From contig CBDDCF010000032.1 in NCBI GenBank assembly GCA_965225995.1, positions 98,838 to 162,837 on the forward strand: a stretch of 64,000 nt of DNA, read 5' to 3'. This document shows, piece by piece, positions 1 to 9,803 of this stretch. The stretch is from Acidobacteriota bacterium. Lineage in GTDB: Bacteria; Acidobacteriota; UBA6911; RPQK01; CBDDCF01. The position numbers were made by a program, and so were the translations under genes. Position 1 is the first letter of the stretch. Each line of letters begins with the position of its first letter. The notes under the pieces are model-generated. The model saw nothing but the letters and a program-made list of their open reading frames with translations. It was not told the DNA's origin and did no database searches.

Positions 1-797
1 TGGACAAAATCCCAGCAGCCTTCCCAACCGATTCCCTGCTGGGTCAGGCTCCGTAAGACTTTCAGCGCCTCATCCAGCGAGCCGGCAAAGAGAAAGTCCT
101 TCTCGAGGGCGGGGTAGTCTTCGTCTCCCAGCTTCTTTTTCTGCGCCAGAACATGATTGCCTGGAACGTGGGCCTGGGCGATTTGACCGAGTTCGGTCTC
201 CCGCGGAGCGAGCGTGGCAAGATGCAAGGCCGGGAATAGGATTCCCTCGGTGTCCTCCCATCCCAGAGACTCAGCCAGCCGCCAGCATTGGTCCAGGAAG
301 AGCAGCTTGATCCCGTCTTCAAAGGTGTCCTCGAGGCTGCGTTTCAAGCTGTGTGTCCGAAACCAGTCGCGGTCTGCATTCGACCTTAGAAAATGACGTG
401 CGGAATCCCATGCTGCCCCAAAATCGGCCTTTTTGGTAGCCTCGCAAAAGGCTTCGAACAGATCGTCGCGCGAAGCGCTGTCTGATGTTTCGTCGCCGTT
501 GCCGGCCCACGGACTCCGGCGGCGGGAGTTGGCTGCGTGCCATGTCTGCTGAACGATAGGCCACCACTTGCGATCCTCCGGGAAAGTGGGAAGAGTACTG
601 ACTGCCGCGGCCAGCCCGAAGAAGGTGTGGGGCGCATCATTGTCGTAGTAGCGCTGATATATCCGGCGGCACAAGTAGTGGGCCAGTGAGGCGGCAAACT
701 CGAGCGGATCCTCGCACTCCTGCTGTTGCTCCTTGAAGAGTTTCGCGAAGGCTTTGGAATTTTCACATGCCAAAAGAGCTTCGATTGCCGCGCTCAT
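1..797 (-). CDS. Hypothetical protein, partial (runs off the left edge)
   Basis: Absent from the ORF track because it has no stop in the window. ATG at 797 follows AGGAGAGG. The frame [21 protein letters not shown]...[12 protein letters not shown]... stays open to position 1. Confidence 0.7.
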   Translation of the reverse strand, partial: MSAAIEALLACENSKAFAKLFKEQQQECEDPLEFAASLAHYLCRRIYQRYYDNDAPHTFFGLAAAVSTLPTFPEDRKWWPIVQQTWHAANSRRRSPWAGNGDETSDSASRDDLFEAFCEATKKADFGAAWDSARHFLRSNADRDWFRTHSLKRSLEDTFEDGIKLLFLDQCWRLAESLGWEDTEGILFPALHLATLAPRETELGQIAQAHVPGNHVLAQKKKLGDEDYPALEKDFLFAGSLDEALKVLRSLTQQGIGWEGCWDFV

Positions 798-893
798 CAG
801 TTTTTCCTCTCCTGTTATCGATGGATCATGACGGGGCTCATCATAAGAAATCACCCTGCCGAGCACAAACGAAAAGCGGTTACAATGTGTCCC

Positions 894-2153
894 ATGGTCC
901 AGCGGCACGAGACTCGAACGGCTTGGGTGGCGAAGATCCCGATTGGTTCCTGTCACCCGATCGCAGTCCAATCGATGACCAACACAGATACCGCAGACGT
1001 GGCTTCCACTGTTGAGCAGGTCATTCAGTTGTCCGAGGCCGGGTCCGAACTGGTACGGGTGACCGTCAACACCGAGAAGGCTGCCCAGGCCGTTCCCAAG
1101 ATCGTTCGGCAGCTCCAGGATCGCGGTTACGATCTTCCCATCATCGGCGACTTTCACTACAACGGACACAAGTTGCTGGTGCGATTTCCCGGCTGTGCCC
1201 GGGCTCTGGCCAAGTATCGGATCAATCCAGGCAATGTCGGCAAGGGACGGCGCCGCGACGAGAACTTCAAACAGATGATCGACGTCGCCGTCGAAAACCA
1301 GAAACCGATTCGAATTGGAGTCAACTGGGGTTCGCTGGATCAAGACCTTCTCGACGAATTTATGGACGCCAACGCAAAGGCGGAGCCGCCACGGGACGCT
1401 AATGCGGTCTTGCTGGATGCGGTTGTGGAGAGTGCCATTCGTTCCGCGGAACTGGCTGAGGAATACGGCATCAGCCCAGATCGCATCATCCTGAGCAGCA
1501 AAGTCTCGAAAGTTCCCGACCTGTTGGTGGTCTACCGAGGTCTTGCGAGACGTTCGAACTACCCCTTGCACCTGGGGCTGACTGAGGCTGGGATGGGCAG
1601 TCGAGGAATTGTGAGCAGTGCCGCCGGGCTGGCGATTCTTCTGCAGGAAGGGATCGGCGACACGATCCGAGTGAGCCTGACTCCTCGTCCCGGCGGGGAT
1701 CGGGCCGAGGAAGTGCGAGTGGCGCAACAGATTCTCCAGTCACTGGGGCTGAGACAGTTTGCGCCTCAAGTCAGTGCCTGTCCTGGTTGCGGACGCACCA
1801 CATCCAGCTTTTTTCAACAACTGGCAGAGGACATCGAAGGCCACATGGAGGCCAAGATGGCGAAATGGAAGGTCGCTTTCCCTGGCGTGGAGGGCCTCAA
1901 AGTAGCGGTCATGGGATGTGTCGTAAATGGTCCGGGAGAATCGAAACACGCCGATATCGGAATATCGTTGCCCGGCACTGGCGAGGCTCCCCAAGCTCCC
2001 GTCTTTGTCGACGGTCGCCATTTCCGGACCCTGAACGGTCCAGCTATCGCGCACGACTTTATGAAAATTCTTGAAAACTACGTGCAGCAAAGGTGGGGAG
2101 GAGATGAAGAAGCTTCATCCCTGCGAAATCATCCTTCATCCGATCAGGCATGA
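894..2153 (+). CDS. ispG: 4-hydroxy-3-methylbut-2-en-1-yl diphosphate synthase (flavodoxin)
   Basis: Motifs [54 protein letters not shown] and [11 protein letters not shown]. Start ATG at 885 or 894. Confidence 0.97.
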   Translation: MVQRHETRTAWVAKIPIGSCHPIAVQSMTNTDTADVASTVEQVIQLSEAGSELVRVTVNTEKAAQAVPKIVRQLQDRGYDLPIIGDFHYNGHKLLVRFPGCARALAKYRINPGNVGKGRRRDENFKQMIDVAVENQKPIRIGVNWGSLDQDLLDEFMDANAKAEPPRDANAVLLDAVVESAIRSAELAEEYGISPDRIILSSKVSKVPDLLVVYRGLARRSNYPLHLGLTEAGMGSRGIVSSAAGLAILLQEGIGDTIRVSLTPRPGGDRAEEVRVAQQILQSLGLRQFAPQVSACPGCGRTTSSFFQQLAEDIEGHMEAKMAKWKVAFPGVEGLKVAVMGCVVNGPGESKHADIGISLPGTGEAPQAPVFVDGRHFRTLNGPAIAHDFMKILENYVQQRWGGDEEASSLRNHPSSDQA

Positions 2154-2170
2154 ATGCAACTTGCCGAAAG

Positions 2171-2234
2171 CCTTGGAGTGCGCAGTGCAACTCCGCCTTG
2201 TGCACAAGGCGCCGATTCTCGGCGCACTCCAAGG
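2171..2234. repeat. REP-like palindrome (CCTTGGAGTGCG...CGCACTCCAAGG)
   Basis: 12-bp inverted arms enclose an inner palindrome GCCTTGTGCACAAGGC, just after the ispG stop. Related arms occur at 9130, 27364 and 42936. Confidence 0.6.
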
Positions 2235-2334
2235 TGCCTGAGTCCTGTATAGTTTGTTTTTCTTGGTCGGGGCTCGCTAGTTCGAAACCCGATCCTCCGG
2301 TCGGTCGTAAGAAAGGTATGTCGGGGAGAGCTAT

Positions 2335-3357
2335 ATGATCGAGGTGCGAAACCTCACGAAGAGATTCGGGGACGTCACGGCTATTGAAGATGTGACCTTC
2401 TCCGTTGAGAAAGGGCAAATTCTAGGATTTCTGGGGCCGAACGGAGCCGGCAAGACGACGACCATGAGAATTCTGGCCGGATTCTTCCCAGCCTCGGCAG
2501 GAGATGTCAAAGTAGCCGGGTTCGACGTTTTTTCCGAGGGCCTCGAGGTCAAACGCCGGGTCGGCTACCTCCCCGAGAACCCTCCTCTCTACACCGACAT
2601 GAGTGTGGACGCCTATCTTCGTTTTGTGGCCCGGATCAAAGGTGTTCCCGGACTCCAGATCGAGAGTCGCCTGGATCTGGTGAAAGAACGTTGTGCCTTG
2701 AAAGACTGGGGATCGCGGCTGATCAAGCACCTCTCTAAAGGATTCCGGCAGCGAGTCGGGCTGGCCCAGGCTTTGATCCATGATCCGCAGGTGCTGATTC
2801 TGGATGAGCCGACCGTCGGACTCGATCCGCGCCAGATCATCGAAGTCCGGGAATTGATCAAGGGTTTGGGTGGAAACCACACCATCATCCTCTCTACTCA
2901 TATCCTGCCCGAAGTGGGGATGACTTGCGAGAAAGTCATTATCATCAAGGGGGGGCGGATAGCGGCAATTGACACGCCCGAGAACCTGACGAGCCGGATC
3001 AAGGGGGCAGATATTGTCGAGCTGTCGATCAAAAGCCGGAACGGAGATGCTGAACGGCTTCCGGAGATCCTCGAGAATCTTCCCAACGTCTCAAGCGTTC
3101 AACTGCAAGATCCCAACTCTTTCGGGTTGGTGGCCGCGTCAGTCGAAGTGCGGGGAGAACAAGACCTGCGACCTCGGATCGCTCGTACGATCATCAATGC
3201 CGGGCTGGATCTTTATGATCTCAGCCGTAAACGGTTGACACTGGAAGAAATTTTCCTCGAACTGACTACTGAAGAAGAGCCGGTGGAAGACGAACAGACC
3301 GAGCCGCTCTCCGATCTGCCGTCAGATAACGAAGGGTCGGATGGGGGGGGAGACTGA
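2335..3357 (+). CDS. ABC transporter ATP-binding protein (GldA-like)
   Basis: Walker A GPNGAGKTT, signature LSKGFRQR, Walker B ILDEPT and H-loop. Confidence 0.95.
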   Translation: MIEVRNLTKRFGDVTAIEDVTFSVEKGQILGFLGPNGAGKTTTMRILAGFFPASAGDVKVAGFDVFSEGLEVKRRVGYLPENPPLYTDMSVDAYLRFVARIKGVPGLQIESRLDLVKERCALKDWGSRLIKHLSKGFRQRVGLAQALIHDPQVLILDEPTVGLDPRQIIEVRELIKGLGGNHTIILSTHILPEVGMTCEKVIIIKGGRIAAIDTPENLTSRIKGADIVELSIKSRNGDAERLPEILENLPNVSSVQLQDPNSFGLVAASVEVRGEQDLRPRIARTIINAGLDLYDLSRKRLTLEEIFLELTTEEEPVEDEQTEPLSDLPSDNEGSDGGGD

Positions 3358-4145
3358 TGCGAAATTTCCTGGCCATCGCATCCCGAGAATTGCACTCCAT
3401 GTTCACCGGTATGATCGCGTACGTGGTGCTCTTTGTGTTCTTCGCGGTCACCGGCTACTTCTTCTTCATCATTACGACTACCTTCATCAGTCAGGCCCTG
3501 CTGGCTATGTCGCAAGCCAGTCAGTTCGGCGGACCTCCACCTCCGATCGACGTTTCCGGCCTCATCATGCGGAGCTACTTTGGAATCCTGAGCACGATCC
3601 TGCTGTTTGTCGTGCCGATGATCACGATGGGAGTCTTCGCGGAAGAAAAGAAACGGGGCACCATCGAGCTGCTTTTCACGTCGCCGATCCGCAACGTGCA
3701 ACTGATCTTGGGAAAGTTCGCCGCCGTCTTGGCGGTGTTGGCAATCATGCTGATCCCGTCGGTCCTCCACATGCTGTTGCTCTATGTCTTCAGCGATCCC
3801 AGGCCACCGCTAGGTCCGATCTTCAGTGGTTACCTGGGTGCCTTTCTGCTGGGCGGGACATTGATGGCGGTCGGCCTCTTTATCTCCTCGATGACTGAGA
3901 ATCAGATCGTGGCCGGCGTTTTGACTTTCGGACTGTTCATCTTTCTCTGGGTGCTGGAAGCCGGGGCCGGGACTGCTTCGACCTTCATGAATGAATCCAT
4001 CCGCTATGTCTCGGTGCTGAACCACTACGACGATTTTACGCGCGGAGTCATCGACACTCAGCATCTCATCTTTTACCTCTCGTTCATTTTTCTGGGTCTT
4101 TATTTGACGTCAGTCTCTCTCGATTCAGTCAATTGGAGGCAGTGA
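3357..4145 (+). CDS. ABC-2 permease (GldF-like)
   Basis: Six TM segments, EEKKRGTIELLFTSP motif, coupled to the ATPase. Confidence 0.9.
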   Translation: MRNFLAIASRELHSMFTGMIAYVVLFVFFAVTGYFFFIITTTFISQALLAMSQASQFGGPPPPIDVSGLIMRSYFGILSTILLFVVPMITMGVFAEEKKRGTIELLFTSPIRNVQLILGKFAAVLAVLAIMLIPSVLHMLLLYVFSDPRPPLGPIFSGYLGAFLLGGTLMAVGLFISSMTENQIVAGVLTFGLFIFLWVLEAGAGTASTFMNESIRYVSVLNHYDDFTRGVIDTQHLIFYLSFIFLGLYLTSVSLDSVNWRQ

Positions 4146-4147
4146 AG

Positions 4148-5716
4148 ATGCGCAAAGTTATCGACAACCTTGGCTATCTGGGAGCCGTCGTCCTGCTCGC
4201 TTCACTCTTGCAGTACGCCCTGAACAGTGTCTGGAGTACGCTGGTCCAAGTCGGAATTTACGGTGGGTTGGGGCTGATCGCGTTCTACCTGGCGGCGAAG
4301 GCACCGGAGATCTCGAGAGCCCTCGGCACTCGGGGTGGGAAACAGGGGAGCTCAGCCGGGCTGGTCCTCCTGTTAGTACTGGGTATTCTAGGTCTGGCGA
4401 ACTTCCTGAACTATCGTCATCACGAACGCGTGGACCTCAGCGAGGGAAGCTTGAACAGCCTTTCGGAGCAGAGCATTCAGCTGGCTACGAATTTGAATAG
4501 AGATGTCCATTTGATTGGCTTCTTCACCGATCCTGGGCAGGCCCAGAGTTTCGAGGAGGTGGTGCAGGAGTACCGCTTCTCTTCTACCCGAATCTCGTAT
4601 GACATTGTCGACCCCCAAAAGGACCCTGGCAAGGTGTCTCAGTATGCGATCGAGCGAAGTGGTCAGATCGTGGTTACCAGCGGCGACAACTCTCAGACCC
4701 TGGACAGCTTCGATGAGCAGCAAATCACCAACGCCATCATCAGAGTCACGCGGGACGAACAGAAAGCAGTTTATTTCCTGCAGGGTCATGGAGAGCGATC
4801 GCTGTCCGGGAGTGACGCAGATGGGTATTTGGCGATCCAGGGAGCCATTGAGAAGCAGAACTATCAAGTCAGCGAACTCAACCTCGCCGTTGGAGCCGTG
4901 ATCCCGGAGGACGCCAAGATTCTGATCGTCGCCGGACCCAAATCGAACTTCCTTCCGGGAGAACAAGAACTGATCGAAGCTTATCTGGCGACGGGAGGGA
5001 AGTTATTTCTGCTGGTTGACCCCGACAGCGGATTCCAGATGAACGACTTTCTGGGTCGCTACGGCATCCACATCGCCGACAATACCTTGATCGATACTTC
5101 GCTCGAGAGTCGGCTTGCCGGCCTCGGTCCGGCCGCTCCTCTGGTGAGCTCCTATGCCTCCCATCCCATTACCGAAAACCTCCTCGAAATCACATTCTTT
5201 CCTTTCGCGCGAGGTTTGGAGTTAGTCGAGAGTGAGCTGGGCTATGACGTGACCACGCTCTTCTCATCCTCCGGCCGCACCTGGGGAGAGGTCGATTTGG
5301 AGGGGGAAGAAGTCGAGTTCAACCAGGGTCGAGACAAACAGGGACCCCTGGCGATGGCCATGCTCTCGAGCAAACCGCTGCAAGATTTGACCTCCGATGA
5401 TGTCTCCCAGCAGCCTCTTGAAGACCTTTCCGAAGATTCAAAACCAGAGCCTGAGTCGCGGGTCCTGGTGATTGGGGACTCCGATTTTGCGGCCAATCAG
5501 TATGTGGACGCCGTGGGTAACTCGGACCTCTTCTTGAATATCGTGAGTTGGCTGGCAGAGGACGAAGACCTGGTGGCGGTTCGACCCAAAGATCCCACTC
5601 GGCGACAAGTGACACTGACGGCCCGCGATTCCCGGCTCCTGCTTTTGGGCAGCGTGGTGTTCCTGCCCTTGGCTGTCCTCGTCACTGGAATTAGTATCTG
5701 GTATCGGCGGCGCTAG
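4148..5716 (+). CDS. GldG-family ABC auxiliary protein
   Basis: N-terminal TMs, DLSE..NSLS, YFLQGHGE, VIGDSDF and a C-terminal TM ending WYRRR. Confidence 0.85.
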   Translation: MRKVIDNLGYLGAVVLLASLLQYALNSVWSTLVQVGIYGGLGLIAFYLAAKAPEISRALGTRGGKQGSSAGLVLLLVLGILGLANFLNYRHHERVDLSEGSLNSLSEQSIQLATNLNRDVHLIGFFTDPGQAQSFEEVVQEYRFSSTRISYDIVDPQKDPGKVSQYAIERSGQIVVTSGDNSQTLDSFDEQQITNAIIRVTRDEQKAVYFLQGHGERSLSGSDADGYLAIQGAIEKQNYQVSELNLAVGAVIPEDAKILIVAGPKSNFLPGEQELIEAYLATGGKLFLLVDPDSGFQMNDFLGRYGIHIADNTLIDTSLESRLAGLGPAAPLVSSYASHPITENLLEITFFPFARGLELVESELGYDVTTLFSSSGRTWGEVDLEGEEVEFNQGRDKQGPLAMAMLSSKPLQDLTSDDVSQQPLEDLSEDSKPEPESRVLVIGDSDFAANQYVDAVGNSDLFLNIVSWLAEDEDLVAVRPKDPTRRQVTLTARDSRLLLLGSVVFLPLAVLVTGISIWYRRR

Positions 5717-5749
5717 TGCATTATCCGGGCTAGGAGATCGAGGCTTGAA

Positions 5750-7087
5750 ATGAAAAGGATTGGAATTCTGTTCGGACTTTTCGCGGCTCTCCTGGCTTTT
5801 GTGTATTTCTATGAGATTGAGGGGGCCGAAGAAAGAGACCAGAGCCGGGACTTGGAGGAGAGTCTTCTCCGCCTGAAGCAAGACGAGATCACTTCTTTTG
5901 ATTTGCAGCGGCCCGGTCAGCCGTTGCTGCGGATCGTCCACCAGGACCAGAGCTGGCGACTTCAGGAGCCAGTCGAGGGTCTGGTCGACCAGTTCATAGT
6001 CGATGCCTTCTTGAGAGATGTTGCCGCTGCCCGCAGAGAACGTACACTCGAAGACGTTGCGGACAAGCTGGGTGAATTCGGCCTGCTTGAGCCGCGCCTG
6101 ACGGTAACCGTGCGCGCCGGAGCCGAAAACACCCAGACTCTCCGAGTAGGGAACGACGACTTCAGTGGGGATCGGCTGTACGCTCAGCTGGACGGGCAAA
6201 CCCAGGTGCTCATCACGACCAAGAGCGTGTTTTCAAGTGCGGACAAGGAGTTGCGGGAATGGCGTTCCAAGTCGGTTCTCGACTTCGATCAGGATGCCAT
6301 CACGCAAGTCGAAGTGGAGCAGGGCTCTCAGCAAATACGCCTCGAAAAACAGGGTTCCGAATGGCGGCTGGTCGAGCCGCTCAACGACCGAGCCAGTGAG
6401 AGTGAAGTGTCGTCGCTGCTCTCGGCCATCAAATACGCCCGGATTGACGACTTCGTAAATGATCCCGAGGAGCCCCAGGCCTATGGGCTCGATTCGGTCG
6501 GGTACCGCTTCCGAGTCAAGGGAGCAGAGGATCAAGGTTGGAAAGTCCTCGAAGTGGGTGACCAGAAACCGGAACAAGAAACCTATTTCGCCCGTGACCC
6601 TTCCCGGCCTCTGGTGTTTACGATACGGAAAACCGTGATCGACAAGCTGGCTCTGGCCGCGTCCCAATATCGCGACCTGCGGGTTATCGATCTCAAGCAG
6701 AATGGCTTCGATCAGATCTCCTATCGGCACGGCGACGTCCGCTTCAGGCTGAGTCGTGAGGGAGCGGCGTTCATGTTTCTCGAGCCTCCCGGAAAAGCTG
6801 GCCAGGAAGCCCCCGCCTACAAGTTCTGGTTTCCCTTGCAGGATCTCAGTTTTGAGTCGATGGCCGATCAACCGTCGGTCGAGAATGATCCACGCTTCGC
6901 ACGACCCACCATCACCCTGGAGTTCCAGATCGGAGACGAGATCCGGCTCTTCGAGTTTGCTGAAGCAGGAGAGCAGGTGTGGGCCCGCCAAGCCAATAAC
7001 GGACGCGCCGGGACGATCGCGCGCACTGAGTTCGAGAAAATCTTCTTCACTCCCGATTCGATCCTGAATCCAGCGAACGAGAACTAG
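5750..7087 (+). CDS. DUF4340-domain protein
   Basis: N-terminal anchor and repeated W-x-L-x-x-P / YGL modules; usual last gene of Gld-like ABC cassettes. Confidence 0.75.
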   Translation: MKRIGILFGLFAALLAFVYFYEIEGAEERDQSRDLEESLLRLKQDEITSFDLQRPGQPLLRIVHQDQSWRLQEPVEGLVDQFIVDAFLRDVAAARRERTLEDVADKLGEFGLLEPRLTVTVRAGAENTQTLRVGNDDFSGDRLYAQLDGQTQVLITTKSVFSSADKELREWRSKSVLDFDQDAITQVEVEQGSQQIRLEKQGSEWRLVEPLNDRASESEVSSLLSAIKYARIDDFVNDPEEPQAYGLDSVGYRFRVKGAEDQGWKVLEVGDQKPEQETYFARDPSRPLVFTIRKTVIDKLALAASQYRDLRVIDLKQNGFDQISYRHGDVRFRLSREGAAFMFLEPPGKAGQEAPAYKFWFPLQDLSFESMADQPSVENDPRFARPTITLEFQIGDEIRLFEFAEAGEQVWARQANNGRAGTIARTEFEKIFFTPDSILNPANEN

Positions 7088-7466
7088 CACACGGAGGAAC
7101 TGACATCGGAGAGGCCGCGGAGACATAGCGCTGGGGCCGCAACCGAAAAGGAGTCAGTTTCGATCGACCGACGAGCTACTGAGGCCGGAGTACGCGTCTC
7201 GGAGCCGCCAAGGCGGAAGCGCCGCGCCGGTCTTAAGCAGAGTTTCGGCAGATCGTTGCCAAGCCTTCCAGCGCTCGCGCTGCCGCTTGGCGCTCTGAAC
7301 TTGGGCGCTCTAAACCCGCGTTCTGGCAGTCGACCCCACCTGAGCTGCGAGGCAATCGAATAGGAAAGAGAGGAAGAGGAAGACCGAAGGCAGCCTTCCC
7401 AGCTCCGAACTCTTTACCATCTACAAGCGGTTGGATACTCACTTATTTTAGTGCTTGAGATTTCCC

Positions 7467-7496
7467 TCGTGCTTCGTGCTTCGTGCTTCGTGCTTC
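7467..7496. repeat. Heptamer tandem repeat (TCGTGCT)x4
   Basis: Directly visible, about 120 bp upstream of nhaC. Confidence 0.9.
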
Positions 7497-7613
7497 AAAT
7501 GCAACGCGGCTCGTCCACTTTGAGGCGGAGCTTCGCGGTCGGGTTTCCTTTTTTCTCATAGCTGTTTATAGTGTCTGAACCGTCAAGTCTGGAATTGAAT
7601 CTTCTAAGAACCG

Positions 7614-9098
7614 ATGGATAATAAAACCTTTGCGCGAAAGCCCTTCTTCTGGGAAGCACTTATCCCCGTTCTGGTACTGATCTCGCTGCTCACCGCTTCG
7701 GTCCTTTTCTTTGGAGCGGATTCTTCCGGAGGGCCCAACCAGATGGCGCTGATCCTGAGCGCCTGTGTGGCCGGCCTGATTGGCCTCAGACTGGGATTTG
7801 GCTGGAAAGACCTGGAGCAGGGTATGATCCACGGAATCTCTCTGGCCACGGGTGCCATTCTGATTCTACTGGTAGTCGGCTCACTGATCGGAACCTGGAT
7901 CCTTTCGGGAATCGTTCCCGCCATGATCTTTTGGGGACTCCAGATCCTCAGTCCTCAATTCTTCTATGCGGCTGCCGCCCTGATCTGCGCTCTGGTCTCC
8001 CTGGCTACCGGGAGTTCCTGGACCACCGTAAGCACGATCGGAATCGCCCTCGTCGGGATCGCAGGGGCACTCGATCTGCACCTGGGAATAGCTGCTGGGG
8101 CCATCATCTCGGGGGCCTATTTCGGGGACAAGTTGTCCCCTCTGTCTGACACCACCAACCTCGCACCCGCGATGGCAGGGACAGATCTCTTCACCCACAT
8201 CCGACACATGTTATGGACCACGGTTCCCAGCATGACAATCGCCGTCATCGTATACCTGGTGATCGGGTTGGCGGGGGGCAGTGGTGGAAGTGCCGGAAGC
8301 ATGGATGAGATCCTGGCGGCACTCACCCGGAATTTCAATATCGGACTCCACTTACTCGTTCCGCCGGCCGTCGTCCTCGTCCTAGTGATGCGCAAGATGC
8401 CGGCCTTCCCGGCACTTTTGATCGGAGCTCTAATGGGCGGAGTCTGGGCCTGCCTGTTCCAACCTGCCGCCGTCCTGGCATACGCCGGTGATTCTGGAAT
8501 GGGAACCATCCCGACCCTGATCAAGGGGGCTTGGATGGCTTTGTTCCAAGGCTACATTTCCCAGTCAGGTAATGCCGCCATCGATGACCTGCTGACCCGG
8601 GGAGGCATGGGCAGCATGCTCAACACGGTTTGGCTGATCATCTCGGCCATGATGTTTGGCGGGATGATGGAGAAGACGGGAATGCTGGAGTCCATCGCGA
8701 ATCGCATTCTGGGCTTTGCCAAGAGCACGGGTTCACTCGTGCTTTCCACGTTGGCCACCAGTATCGGGATGAACATCGTGGCCTCCGACCAGTACATCGC
8801 CATTGTGGTTCCGGGTCGAATGTACCGGGCCGAGTTTGCCCGGCGGCAGCTTCACCCCAAGAACTTATCCCGTTGCCTGGAAGATGCCGGTACCCTGACC
8901 TCTCCCCTGGTTCCCTGGAACACCTGCGGCGCCTTCATGGCTCAGAACCTCTCGGTAGCGACCTTTGTCTATCTCCCCTTCTGTTTTTTCAATCTCTTCA
9001 ACCCGGTAATCTCGGCAATCTACGGTTTCACCGGCTTCACGATTGAAAAACTGGACGAAGAAACGGCCTCGGCTGCAGAGCCGGTTATTGCTGCCTGA
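7614..9098 (+). CDS. nhaC: Na+/H+ antiporter NhaC family
   Basis: ATGSSWTT, GAYFGDKLSPLSDTTNLA, LSRCLEDAGTLTSPLVPWN. Confidence 0.93.
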   Translation: MDNKTFARKPFFWEALIPVLVLISLLTASVLFFGADSSGGPNQMALILSACVAGLIGLRLGFGWKDLEQGMIHGISLATGAILILLVVGSLIGTWILSGIVPAMIFWGLQILSPQFFYAAAALICALVSLATGSSWTTVSTIGIALVGIAGALDLHLGIAAGAIISGAYFGDKLSPLSDTTNLAPAMAGTDLFTHIRHMLWTTVPSMTIAVIVYLVIGLAGGSGGSAGSMDEILAALTRNFNIGLHLLVPPAVVLVLVMRKMPAFPALLIGALMGGVWACLFQPAAVLAYAGDSGMGTIPTLIKGAWMALFQGYISQSGNAAIDDLLTRGGMGSMLNTVWLIISAMMFGGMMEKTGMLESIANRILGFAKSTGSLVLSTLATSIGMNIVASDQYIAIVVPGRMYRAEFARRQLHPKNLSRCLEDAGTLTSPLVPWNTCGAFMAQNLSVATFVYLPFCFFNLFNPVISAIYGFTGFTIEKLDEETASAAEPVIAA

Positions 9099-9129
9099 TT
9101 CAGGGGGCCGCGTTAGCTGGGTGGCGAGG

Positions 9130-9211
9130 CGATTTGGAGTGCTGCAGCGGGGTCGTTGGCGACAACCCGGCAGGTTTCTAAGAATCGAGCTGCCGCTCTG
9201 GTATCCGGCTG
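9130..9211. repeat. REP-like element CGATTTGGAGTGC...GCTGCCGCTCTGG
   Basis: Arms match the copies at 27364-27435 and 42936-43020; it lies between convergent genes. Confidence 0.65.
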
Positions 9212-9249
9212 GCAGGATCAGCACTCTACCTCCCCAATTTCCGAATCTT

Positions 9250-9660
9250 CTACGCCTGCTCGATCCAGCCAGCAGGACAGAGACCATTGTGAGTGGGTAG
9301 TTGTGAATTGGCAGTTATTAAATAGTAATCTTCTCGCGGTGGCGTGAAGACGTCCAGAATGCGGCTGTCGGTGATTCCAACCCCCGAGTGAGGGACATTG
9401 GGCGGAATAACAAAGACCATTCCCGGTTCAAGCCGGTGCGGAACCCCATCGACTCGTAACTCGAAGGTTCCAGACAACATTGTGACCACTTGCTCATTCG
9501 GATGACTATGTTCGGGAAGTGCATGCCCCTGGCTGATCTCCCAGAAAACGTGGCTGGTGTGGCTGGTATGGATGAACCGTCCGTTGAAACCGGGGCGCAG
9601 TGTTCGGGGTTGAAGGTCTTCCAATTTGAGTTCGGTCGGCACTTTGATTTGGGGGTTCAT
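9250..9660 (-). CDS. Cupin-domain protein
   Basis: PEHSHPNEQ and IPPNVPHSG cupin motifs; ATG at 9660 after AAAGGA. Confidence 0.88.
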   Translation of the reverse strand: MNPQIKVPTELKLEDLQPRTLRPGFNGRFIHTSHTSHVFWEISQGHALPEHSHPNEQVVTMLSGTFELRVDGVPHRLEPGMVFVIPPNVPHSGVGITDSRILDVFTPPREDYYLITANSQLPTHNGLCPAGWIEQA

Positions 9661-9803
9661 GAGAGCTTCCTTTCGAGGATCGATGAGCGGCACTATTCTA
9701 CCACTCTTGTCTTGCGAGGCCATTGAACGGTTTCCACGAAGTCGAGAAGGAAAAAGGAACTCAGGTAAGCGGTTTGTGCAATAGGTAGAGACGGAGGGAT
9801 TTC

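Noticed and set aside
7105-7200. Possible glycine or lysine riboswitch upstream of nhaC (GGAGAG...CCGAA)
   Set aside because: No CTCTCAGG or tandem aptamer and no lysine-riboswitch core; GGCCGCAACCGAA looks like an intergenic repeat.
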